A stretch of 43,896 nt of DNA, from the IMG/VR virus record IMGVR_UViG_3300046836_000255, one strand, 5' to 3'. Numbering within the stretch: position 1 is the first letter of the stretch; every line of letters starts with the position of its first letter. Shown piece after piece: positions 7,789 through 15,084 of the stretch. The DNA is from a virus. A program made the position numbers and the translations under genes. The notes under the pieces are model-generated. The model was not told the origin of the DNA. It saw only the letters and a program-made list of their open reading frames with translations, and made no database searches.

Positions 7789-8008
7789 ATGGTTGCGGGA
7801 TGGTTGCGCCCATTGATTTTCCTGCATTTTTTCATGGTTGCGGAATAGCCCCGCAACCATGCTTGCAACCATGCCGCCGCAACTACCCGCAACCATCCCG
7901 CAACCATGAAAAACGGCCGCGCAACCATGCGCAACCACGCCGCAACCATCTCCGGCACCAACCCCGCAACCACCGCAACCATCCTCTAAGGGATGGTTGC
8001 TTGGTTGC
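7789..8008. repeat. Iteron array, probable origin of replication
   Basis: Exact GCAACCAT at 7853, 7865, 7889, 7900, 7921, 7942 and 7975. One-mismatch variants at 7879, 7931 and 7966. Inverted copies ATGGTTGC at 7789, 7800, 7834 and 7993, plus TTGGTTGC at 8001. An AT-rich patch lies at 7811-7833. The array sits immediately downstream of the primase-helicase operon. Confidence 0.8.
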
Positions 8009-8130
8009 GATGGTGGATGGCGACGTGGCGAAACGGAACTCTTCTCAAGGTGAATTGTGCAGAACGAGGCTGTCCATTGACTCTGGACAGAAGGGGAGCA
8101 CGATTGGCGGGACACAGGAACGATGGAACA

Positions 8131-8388
8131 ATGATTGAGATGATCGACCAACAGGAACTCACGCTCACGGAACTGGAGAGGTTCACGTTGCGACCTTGTC
8201 CGGTGGAACTGGTGAGCAGCTGCGAGGCGTTGGCGGCTGCGCTGGTCGAGGTGGACGATGCGATCTCCCTGCTGGCGCATCGCCCGAGCACGGCGGCGGT
8301 GCGCCGGGTCAACTGTGCCTGGGCGTGCGCGTTGCGCCGCCACCGAGCCTATGTGCGGGAGCTGCGGTTCGGGAGGACGCCGGCATGA
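8131..8388 (+). CDS. Hypothetical protein (85 aa)
   Basis: First ATG past the iteron array in ORF 7993..8388; the upstream part of that ORF is repeat-derived. Confidence 0.5.
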   Translation: MIEMIDQQELTLTELERFTLRPCPVELVSSCEALAAALVEVDDAISLLAHRPSTAAVRRVNCAWACALRRHRAYVRELRFGRTPA

Positions 8389-8960
8389 TGCAGCTGCAGC
8401 CGGGTGCCGTGTTCAATCCGCCGTGGATGCAGGTGCCCTATTTCGCGCGAGAGGGTCAGGCGCTGGTTGATGGCGTCGAGCATCTGCGTGGCGAGATGGA
8501 GCGCAGGTGGGGCGTCGGGCGGTTGCGCCTCGTGGTCGAGCCCGAGCTGCGATTACGGTTTGATCGGCAGGACGAGCTGCTGGCGATGGCGGTTGAGCGT
8601 GGAACCATCGAGGACGTGCGGCGCGAGGCTGAACGGATGGTGCGAGCCTGGAGGGCCTTAGACGGGGCAGCGCGGGCCGTGGGTGCGTCGGAGCTGAGTC
8701 CCCTGGTGTGGGAGGTGGAGCTGGAGGACGGGCGTGTGGCGGCGCTTGTGAGGACTACGGTGGAGGCAAGGCATGTGGCGAAGGAGGGCCGGCGGTTGGA
8801 ACTATGGACCTTGGAGGAGATCGCGCGGCTGATCGTGGCGTTCCCGACGGTGGTGAAGGCTAAGGAGCTGTGGCCGGGCGCCGAGGTGGTGTCAGCACGT
8901 AGCAGGGTGCCCGAGCTGCCGCTCGATGGCGATCCCATCCCGCAATTCGGGGGAGGGTGA
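8385..8960 (+). CDS. Hypothetical protein (191 aa)
   Basis: ATG at 8385, 8 nt after GGGAGG; ATGA coupling. Confidence 0.65.
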   Translation: MMQLQPGAVFNPPWMQVPYFAREGQALVDGVEHLRGEMERRWGVGRLRLVVEPELRLRFDRQDELLAMAVERGTIEDVRREAERMVRAWRALDGAARAVGASELSPLVWEVELEDGRVAALVRTTVEARHVAKEGRRLELWTLEEIARLIVAFPTVVKAKELWPGAEVVSARSRVPELPLDGDPIPQFGGG

Positions 8961-8974
8961 CCAAGGAGAACGCG

Positions 8975-9298
8975 ATGTCCGAGCTGAAAGACGCGGTGCG
9001 ACCCTACGGTGTTGCCATCGACTACGACGACACGTTCACGACGTGCCCCGAGACATGGACCGAGGTGTGCGAGGTGTTGCGAGCGGCTGGTGCGCGTGTG
9101 TTCTGCGTGTCGTCTCGCGCGCCTGAGATGGCGATCACCGATTTCCCTGGCGAGGTGTTCTACACCAGCGCGGCACCGAAGGCCGAGTACATGGCCGAGC
9201 AGGGCGTCGAGGTTCACATCTGGATCGATGACATGCCGTACCTGATCGGCATGGACCCGCTCAAGCGTGAGCTGCGCACGATGTGCGGATTGGATTGA
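8975..9298 (+). CDS. Small HAD-superfamily-like phosphatase (possibly a nucleotidase)
   Basis: ATG at 8975, 6 nt after AAGGAG. Motif I AIDYDDT, Ser in CVSSR, Lys in APKAEY, motif IV IWIDDMP. Confidence 0.55.
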   Translation: MSELKDAVRPYGVAIDYDDTFTTCPETWTEVCEVLRAAGARVFCVSSRAPEMAITDFPGEVFYTSAAPKAEYMAEQGVEVHIWIDDMPYLIGMDPLKRELRTMCGLD

Positions 9299-9306
9299 GT
9301 CGAGCG

Positions 9307-9513
9307 ATGGTTGGAGCGCTTTTCAAGATCGGTTGCTTTGGCAAGCAGCAATTCCGCAGCGTGCAGCTCGCGCATCTCGCGGCTGCGCGTCGTCCTGGGC
9401 GCAACATCTACAAGTGCCGGGCGTGCGGCTATTGGCACGTGGGCAATAGGCGGCAGAAGCCTCGCCGCAAGCGGAGAGGCACAAGCGATGGGCAGCGATA
9501 TGAAAGGTTCTAG
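9307..9513 (+). CDS. Hypothetical small protein with C-x-x-C element and basic tail
   Basis: MVGALFKIGCFGK...YKCRACGYWHVGNRRQKPRRKRR; start is uncertain. Confidence 0.5.
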   Translation: MVGALFKIGCFGKQQFRSVQLAHLAAARRPGRNIYKCRACGYWHVGNRRQKPRRKRRGTSDGQRYERF

Positions 9514-9524
9514 GGTGGACGAGC

Positions 9525-9911
9525 ATGACGAGGATGGCGAGGTACAATGGTCGCGATTGGTTGGATGCCAAGGCGGCGGCGGATCGTCTCGGCGTGTCGC
9601 GCGATACGATCTATCGGCTGCTGCAGGACGAGAAACTTCCCGGTGTCCGTATCGGGTGGAAGTGGCGCGTGTCGGTCACCGAGCTGGACCGCATCATGGG
9701 CGAGCATGGCGGCGAAGTTGCAGAGCCGGCGGCTGCTGCGCGCTTCGCTGTGGGTGATCGCGTTGAGAAGTACACCGGCGATTATACGACGGTGGGCGAG
9801 GTGCGGATGGTTGGCACGACCAAGGCAGGCAAGTTGCGATACGTGGTCGAGCTGGAGCCTGGAGGGCTGCTGATGATCTACAACGAGAGCCAGCTGCGGC
9901 CGGGGGAGTGA
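9525..9911 (+). CDS. Excisionase-family/MerR-like HTH DNA-binding protein (a small-terminase-like role is also possible)
   Basis: WLDAKAAADRLGVSRDTIYRLLQDEKLPGVRIGWKWRV is a classic HTH_17-type motif. Confidence 0.7.
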   Translation: MTRMARYNGRDWLDAKAAADRLGVSRDTIYRLLQDEKLPGVRIGWKWRVSVTELDRIMGEHGGEVAEPAAAARFAVGDRVEKYTGDYTTVGEVRMVGTTKAGKLRYVVELEPGGLLMIYNESQLRPGE

Positions 9912-10426
9912 TGCGCAAGATTGAGCGACGTGGACGGCCGCGCAAAGCCAATAGGAAGGGCGTGGAGAAGGCGCTCGATGTTGGCGCCATTGCTCGGGCG
10001 ATGCCGCATCGACGCGCTGTGCGGGCTCCAGAGTTGCGGCGTGATGCCAGAGCTGAGACGCATCTCGGGCGGTTGCGGCTCAACGGCAACATTGCCGAGC
10101 ACGAGTATGAGGCAGGCGTGAAGCTGCGCGATGTCGTGCGACGTTGGCACTCAGCTTGCGGCATGCCGCGTCATGATCGTGGTGCACCGCCGCTCGATGG
10201 CAGCATGCGCGGTGCGATGTCTTTGATCGATGCTGAGCGCACGCATCGGGTGACGCGCGCCTACCTCGATGCGTGGGCCGCGCTGTGCAATCGCGTCGGT
10301 CCATCGGGTGCCCAGCTCGCGATTAATCTGTGCGTCTACGATGAGTCCTCAAACCTAAGCGTATTGGATGTGTATCGTATGGCACTCAAAGGTTTGGCTG
10401 ACCTATGGGCCTATCGTCGCCCCTGA
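9911..10426 (+). CDS. Hypothetical protein with basic N-terminus (RRGRPRK)
   Basis: ATG at 9911 overlaps the upstream TGA. It is the last gene before an AT-richer gap. Confidence 0.65.
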   Translation: MRKIERRGRPRKANRKGVEKALDVGAIARAMPHRRAVRAPELRRDARAETHLGRLRLNGNIAEHEYEAGVKLRDVVRRWHSACGMPRHDRGAPPLDGSMRGAMSLIDAERTHRVTRAYLDAWAALCNRVGPSGAQLAINLCVYDESSNLSVLDVYRMALKGLADLWAYRRP

Positions 10427-10521
10427 AACTGTGCCTATAGCGATAAATGATCGTCGGGAACTCGCTCTTGTTCCGGCATAAAGGTTCCATATGAAACAGC
10501 GTACAAAACGAAGTAAGCGCA
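10427..10521 (+). promoter_or_regulatory. AT-richer intergenic gap, candidate late-operon promoter region
   Basis: 95 bp non-coding with a visibly lower GC. No convincing -35/-10 could be assigned by eye. Confidence 0.25.
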
Positions 10522-10914
10522 ATGGCAAATCCGCTCGGCATCAATCACCACGTAAAGCGCGGTCGCCCGCTCGCCGACGCGCTGCGCGTTGAGCTGTACG
10601 CAAACGACAAGCGCATGCTCAAACAGCTGGCCGCCGTCGTCGCGCGCCTCGCTGTCGAGGGCGAGCAGTGGGCTGCGCAGCTGGTCTTCGAGCGTGTCGA
10701 CGGTCGCGTGCCGCAACCCGTAGGTGGCAGCGATGAACTCGGCCCGCAGAGGCTGCAGATCGAATGGAAGATCAGCGATACCAATGCGTTAGCTGCGCAG
10801 CCGAGCGACGCTGCTCTGGCGACCGACGCCGGTGTACAGCTCATCGAATGTAAACCGTCTGCGCAAGTCATTGATCTGACTCGCGAACTGGAGCTGGCTG
10901 AACCGTCTTCGTGA
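10522..10914 (+). CDS. Putative terminase small subunit
   Basis: KRGRP near the N-terminus, then LAVEGEQWAAQLVFERVDGRVPQ, which resembles the A..GD..A.K.L.DR..GKP motif common in small terminases. It lies upstream of TerL. Function is uncertain. Confidence 0.4.
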   Translation: MANPLGINHHVKRGRPLADALRVELYANDKRMLKQLAAVVARLAVEGEQWAAQLVFERVDGRVPQPVGGSDELGPQRLQIEWKISDTNALAAQPSDAALATDAGVQLIECKPSAQVIDLTRELELAEPSS

Positions 10915-11104
10915 CGGTTCGTGCGCGACCAGGGCGCGAGGCTCCCATGTGTATTGCGTCGGACGCCTCGCGCCCAGGCCCAAAGGCCCCCCCCCGGGGG
11001 GGCTTTAAAAAAAGCCCCTTTACCCGCGCCGGCTGAGGCCACGACAGGGCACGCATACCCAACAATATTTTTTGGGATTTTTTTTGGTTTTTGGCAAAAG
11101 GTTT
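10900..11104. promoter_or_regulatory. Highly structured intergenic region: three hairpins/palindromes followed by phased T-tracts
   Basis: Hairpin gaaccgtc/gacggttc (10900-10920) spans the stop codon. Inverted repeat 10929-10942 / 10965-10978 matches 13 of 14. AAAGG-C9-G7-CTTT palindrome at 10982-11006 overlaps an alternative perfect hairpin GGGGCTTT-AAAA-AAAGCCCC (10999-11018). T6, T8 and T5 tracts start at 11068, 11078 and 11088. Confidence 0.6.
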
Positions 11105-11124
11105 CCCTACAAACGGAGATACCT

Positions 11125-11469
11125 ATGTCCATCGTCCTCATCCGTGACGCCTTCACCCGCGCCGCTGGCGACCGCCTCCAGCTCCACAGCATCCTCATGC
11201 ACTACGCCGAAGACCGTCGTGCGCAACGTCTCACGGTCACCGGCACCTTTCCAGACGGCGCCAAGTTCGACGCCACCACCGAGCCATTTCTCGGCGACAC
11301 CTCCGTCATCATGGAGCGTGCAGCCAAGCTCGCCGAGGAGGTCATGCGACCGCACGACCGAGAGCAGGGCGTGGCGATCACCCACACCGGCGCAGACAGC
11401 GACCTCGTCACGGCGCCCGAGCCCGACGCGACACCCAAGCCCAAGTCATGGCGCAGGGCCAAGCGATGA
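11125..11469 (+). CDS. Hypothetical protein (114 aa)
   Basis: ATG at 11125, 6 nt after GGAG. The upstream part of ORF 10921..11469 crosses the structured non-coding region. Confidence 0.65.
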   Translation: MSIVLIRDAFTRAAGDRLQLHSILMHYAEDRRAQRLTVTGTFPDGAKFDATTEPFLGDTSVIMERAAKLAEEVMRPHDREQGVAITHTGADSDLVTAPEPDATPKPKSWRRAKR

Positions 11470-11558
11470 CGCCGCTGCGCTTCGACACGGAGTTCATCAG
11501 CGGCGCGCTCATTGGCTTCATGGTGGGGCTTGTGGCGGGCGTACTGATAGGGTGGTGA
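11466..11558 (+). CDS. Possible 30-aa membrane peptide (below the ORF-track cutoff)
   Basis: ATGA-coupled ORF MTPLRFDTEFISGALIGFMVGLVAGVLIGW. Confidence 0.3.
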   Translation: MTPLRFDTEFISGALIGFMVGLVAGVLIGW

Positions 11559-11565
11559 GGTAACT

Positions 11566-11646
11566 ATGCCAAGCAGCGGCTTCATGCTGAGCCTCGCGCT
11601 TGGCGTATTGATACGACGAGTGAAACATGCCCAGCAGCACACCTAA
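11566..11646 (+). CDS. Possible 26-aa peptide
   Basis: ATG 6 nt after GGTGAGG gives MPSSGFMLSLALGVLIRRVKHAQQHT. It overlaps the start of the next gene, so it is speculative. Confidence 0.2.
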   Translation: MPSSGFMLSLALGVLIRRVKHAQQHT

Positions 11647-11809
11647 GCAGGCGCGCACGATGGCGGCGGCAGCGCACAACCCGGCGTTCGCCAAGAAGGT
11701 AGGCATCCCAACCAAGGTCGCCAAAGAGTTCAACGCGGCCGACACTGGCGGCGATCTGCTCAGCCGCGCGCTGCGCACGTCGCGCAAAGTCTCGCGCCGT
11801 GGGCGATGA
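11627..11809 (+). CDS. Small basic protein, DUF3008-like
   Basis: MPSSTPKQARTMAAAAHNPAFAKKVGIPTKVAKEFN resembles the conserved small phage protein family with a KxQxRxM..A.H motif (recalled, not searched). Confidence 0.5.
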   Translation: MPSSTPKQARTMAAAAHNPAFAKKVGIPTKVAKEFNAADTGGDLLSRALRTSRKVSRRGR

Positions 11810-13106
11810 CGAGGTCGTCGCCCCGGTCGTCATCGACTACACGCCGCGCAAACAGTTCATCTCGTATCACGCCCGCCTGCAGCGCTTCGCCTGTCTGGTG
11901 TGTCACCGACGCGCAGGCAAGACGGTGGCGACCGTCCACGACATGCAGCGTCGCGCGCTGTCGGCGCCGATTGAGCGCGGACGCTACGCCTACATCGCGC
12001 CTTACCTAAAGCAGGCGAAGACGGTGGCGTGGGATTATCTCACGCAGGCATGCGGCCCGCTGCGCCAGTATGGTTGCGAAATCCATCAGTCTGAGCTGCG
12101 CGTGGATTACCCCAACGGCGCGCAGATCAGGCTGTTCGGCTCCGACAACATGGACGCGATGCGCGGGATTTATCTCGATGGCGCCGTGATGGACGAGGTC
12201 GCCGACTTCGACCCACGTGTCTATCCCGAGGTGATCCGCCCGGCGCTGTCCGACCGACAGGGGTGGGCGACGTTCATCGGCACGCCGCGCGGCCGCAACG
12301 AGTTCTTTCTCACCTACGACAGGGCGTTGAAAGACCCGGAGCACTGGTTCTCGATGATGCTCAAGGCGAGCGAGACCGGCATTCTTCCTGAGGAGGAGCT
12401 GCGCGCCGCTCGCGAGGACATGAGCGAGGACCAGTACGCGCAGGAGTATGAGTGCTCGTTCGATGCGGCGATCCCCGGCGCGTACTACGCCAAGATCATC
12501 AACGAGATCGAGAACCGCACGCCGCCGCAGATCACCAGTGTGCCGTATGACCCGGCGCTGCAGACGTGGACGGCGTGGGATTTGGGAATGCGCGACGCCA
12601 CCGCGATCTGGTGGCTGCAGCCGCATGGCAAGGGCGAGGTGCGGGTGATCGATTATTACGAGGCCTCAGGCATGGACCTCGCGCACTACGTCAATCAGGT
12701 CAAGAACCGCAACTACGTTTACGGCGGCCACATCCTGCCGCACGACGTGCAGGTGACCGAGCTGTCGACTGGCAAGACGCGGCTGGAGACGTTGGAGTCG
12801 CTGGGCCTGCGGCACTACACCGAGATCGCGCCCAAGCATCGCGTCGAGGATGGCGTCAACGCGGTGCGGGTGTTCCTGCCGCGCTGCTGGTTCGACGCGA
12901 AGAAGTGCAAGCGCGGCATCGATGCGCTGCGCGCCTATCATTCCGCATACGACGAGCGGCTCAAGGCGCTGCGTGCCAACCCGGTCCACGACTGGACATC
13001 GCACGCCGCCGACGCGTTTCGCTATGCGGCGATGACGCTCGACAACCGGGCTGATCGCGCGCGGTTCACCGGGAAGATTGAATACCCGAATGTGGGAGTG
13101 GCGTGA
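11799..13106 (+). CDS. terL: Terminase large subunit
   Basis: Walker A CHRRAGKT, Walker B/coupling LDGAVMDEV, and nuclease-domain signature WDLGMRDATAIWW...VIDYYE. Size 435 aa. The GTG start is uncertain. Confidence 0.9.
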   Translation: MGDDEVVAPVVIDYTPRKQFISYHARLQRFACLVCHRRAGKTVATVHDMQRRALSAPIERGRYAYIAPYLKQAKTVAWDYLTQACGPLRQYGCEIHQSELRVDYPNGAQIRLFGSDNMDAMRGIYLDGAVMDEVADFDPRVYPEVIRPALSDRQGWATFIGTPRGRNEFFLTYDRALKDPEHWFSMMLKASETGILPEEELRAAREDMSEDQYAQEYECSFDAAIPGAYYAKIINEIENRTPPQITSVPYDPALQTWTAWDLGMRDATAIWWLQPHGKGEVRVIDYYEASGMDLAHYVNQVKNRNYVYGGHILPHDVQVTELSTGKTRLETLESLGLRHYTEIAPKHRVEDGVNAVRVFLPRCWFDAKKCKRGIDALRAYHSAYDERLKALRANPVHDWTSHAADAFRYAAMTLDNRADRARFTGKIEYPNVGVA

Positions 13107-13288
13107 TGCATGCGCTCGTAGGGCTGCTGGTGCCGATCATCATCCTGATCGCTGTTGCGCTGATCATCGTGTGGGCGGCCGAGCGGTTCTCACCCGACCC
13201 GTTCATCACGCGGATCGTGCAGGTGATCGTGTTCGTGGTCGTGCTGATTTTCCTGCTGACCAAGCTGCTGCCGCTGTTGGGCGCATGA
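13103..13288 (+). CDS. Small two-TM membrane protein (holin-like topology)
   Basis: 61 aa with two hydrophobic helices (LVGLLVPIIILIAVALIIVW and IVQVIVFVVVLIFLL). ATGA coupling to terL. Confidence 0.65.
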   Translation: MMHALVGLLVPIIILIAVALIIVWAAERFSPDPFITRIVQVIVFVVVLIFLLTKLLPLLGA

Positions 13289-13437
13289 GGTACGTGCTGC
13301 TTCTAATGCTCGCCACGCTGCCGCGTCTGCTGGCGGCGCACATCGATCTCGACCACGACCGTGCGCTGCAGGACGATGAGGCGGTCGCTCGCGCGCTGCG
13401 TGGCGCGGTCGAGGCCCATTATGGGAAAGGCATCTGA
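13285..13437 (+). CDS. Possible 50-aa protein with hydrophobic N-terminus
   Basis: ATG at 13285 overlaps the upstream TGA; MRYVLLLMLATLPRLLAAH... Confidence 0.4.
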   Translation: MRYVLLLMLATLPRLLAAHIDLDHDRALQDDEAVARALRGAVEAHYGKGI

Positions 13438-13439
13438 TC

Positions 13440-13766
13440 ATGATGCTGATGACCACCGCGACGTTGCTGTTGATCAAGTACTACGCCGCAGTCGATCAGG
13501 ACCTGCACAAGTGGTTCGAGGGCCTGCGCAGCGGCAGTGGCGGCTACTGCTGCGCCGAGACGGATGGCGTCAAGGTGGAGGACCCGGAGTGGGGCCGCAC
13601 CGACGCGGGCGGCTACTGGGTGGCGATCAAGGGCGCCAGGGTCGAGGTGCCGCCCGAGGCTGTCATTCACGCCAAGAACCCCAAGGTGGGGTTTGCGATG
13701 GTGTGGAACCAATCCACGGACGGCAAGCCGAAGATACTGTGCTTCCTGCCGGGGATTGAGACTTAG
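13440..13766 (+). CDS. Hypothetical protein with N-terminal hydrophobic segment
   Basis: 108 aa, MMLMTTATLLLIKYYAA then a Cys pair (GGYCCAETDG). Confidence 0.65.
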   Translation: MMLMTTATLLLIKYYAAVDQDLHKWFEGLRSGSGGYCCAETDGVKVEDPEWGRTDAGGYWVAIKGARVEVPPEAVIHAKNPKVGFAMVWNQSTDGKPKILCFLPGIET

Positions 13767-13804
13767 AGCGACCTGAAGTCCCACAGCCAGTGCCCGCTCA
13801 TCGC

Positions 13805-13987
13805 TTAACTCTGCATCGTCGCGCGGTCCTCGCGAAGCTCACGCTCGCGGAGTACCTTGTTGATGGCCGCATAGAAGTCGATGGCGAATTGCCCATCGTT
13901 TCCTGGCGGCCAACTGAACCACGAAACCACATTGACCAGGGCTGTGCGCTCCTCGTTGGTCAGGCTGTTCCAGTCGGGAAGCTGCAT
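13805..13987 (-). CDS. Hypothetical 60-aa protein, the only minus-strand gene inside the late block
   Basis: The minus-strand ATG is preceded by AAAGGAGGGGTAA (a near-perfect Shine-Dalgarno). Composition is ordinary. Confidence 0.6.
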   Translation of the reverse strand: MQLPDWNSLTNEERTALVNVVSWFSWPPGNDGQFAIDFYAAINKVLRERELREDRATMQS

Positions 13988-14088
13988 TTACCCCTCCTTT
14001 GTCTGCTCATCTATGGACTCACCGTCAGCGTTCGTTTAGCTCGGTCCCCCGCGCCCTGTCCAGCGGCGCTGAACGAGGAAAACCTCCC

Positions 14089-15075
14089 ATGCGGATCGTC
14101 ATCTCGTCAGGCCACGGCAAGTACATCCGGGGCGCCTCAGGCTCTCCCGTTCCCCCGCAGCTCGATGAGGTGGATCAGGCGCGGCTCGTGGTCGAGGAGG
14201 TGGCGAGCGGACTGCGGCAGCTCGGCGTCGATGTGGTGACGTATCACGACAACTGGTCGACCACGCAGAACGAGAACCTCAATCGCATCGTTGACTTTCA
14301 CAACGCGGAGACGCGCGACCTCGACGTTTCGGTTCACTTCAACGCCTACGACGGCAGCGCGCACGGCACCGAGGTGCTGTGGGTGACGCAAGAAGATTTG
14401 GCGGCGAAGCTTTCCGCTGCGATCTCGCTCGCTGGCGGGTTCACCAATCGCGGCGCCAAATATCGCGATGATTTGTTCGTGCTCAACAACACCGAGATGC
14501 CCTGCGTGCTTTTGGAGGTCTGTTTTTGCGACAGCCCGGTCGACTCGGCGCTTTATCGCGAGCACTACAGCGCGATCTGCGCGGCGATTGCCGAGACGCT
14601 CGCCGGCAACTCGGCCTCGCTGCCTGACCGTCCCGAGTGGCCTGAGCGTCCCGATCTGCCGCCGCCCAGCGGCGCGTTGTTGCATGTGAAAGGATCGTGC
14701 AGCTGGTTCGGCGGTCCAGGGGACCAGGGCGTCGACGCCGACGAAGACCTCGCATTTCTGTACGATTTCGAGGACGCGCCGCACCTCTTTCTGTACGATC
14801 ACCCGCCCGGCACGACCGGCTTGGCGCGGCGGCTCGATCCCGGCGTGTTCTATGTGGCGTGTCGCTGGGACTACGACCGCACGCCTAAAGAGATGTTGCG
14901 CGAGCAGTCGCGTAAGGCCCGCGTGTCGGCCGGCGGCAAGTCGTTTCTCGCTTATCCGGCCGACTGGGGACCGCATCAGGACACGGGTCGCGTCGCCGAT
15001 CTCAGCCCCGCGCTGATGGACGCGCTCGGGCTCGCGACCGATGGCGAGGTCGAGGTGACCTACCCGGCGAGCTGA
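14089..15075 (+). CDS. Two-domain peptidoglycan hydrolase: N-acetylmuramoyl-L-alanine amidase (Amidase_3) plus a C-terminal RlpA-like double-psi beta-barrel domain
   Basis: N-terminus: IVISSGHG...VSVHFNA...GTEVLW...VLLEVCFCDS (Amidase_3 Zn-ligand pattern). C-terminus: SWFGGPGDQG...DWGPHQDTGRVADLSPALMDALGL..DGEVEV (RlpA/DPBB pattern). Confidence 0.85.
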   Translation: MRIVISSGHGKYIRGASGSPVPPQLDEVDQARLVVEEVASGLRQLGVDVVTYHDNWSTTQNENLNRIVDFHNAETRDLDVSVHFNAYDGSAHGTEVLWVTQEDLAAKLSAAISLAGGFTNRGAKYRDDLFVLNNTEMPCVLLEVCFCDSPVDSALYREHYSAICAAIAETLAGNSASLPDRPEWPERPDLPPPSGALLHVKGSCSWFGGPGDQGVDADEDLAFLYDFEDAPHLFLYDHPPGTTGLARRLDPGVFYVACRWDYDRTPKEMLREQSRKARVSAGGKSFLAYPADWGPHQDTGRVADLSPALMDALGLATDGEVEVTYPAS

Positions 15076-15084
15076 GAGGCCCCA

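Noticed and set aside
7789-8008. Possible CRISPR array
   Set aside because: The repeat unit is only 8 bp, the spacing is 9-14 bp, the copies occur in both orientations, and there are no spacer-sized unique segments or cas genes.
7707-8343. ORFs 7734..8138 (+), 7707..7982 (-), 7702..8343 (-), 7986..8312 (-) and the 5' part of 7993..8388 across the GCAACCAT array
   Set aside because: Their translations are periodic repeat artefacts (PRNH, QPC, VAGW strings) generated by the 8-mer array. They have no RBS, and the region is better explained as an iteron origin.
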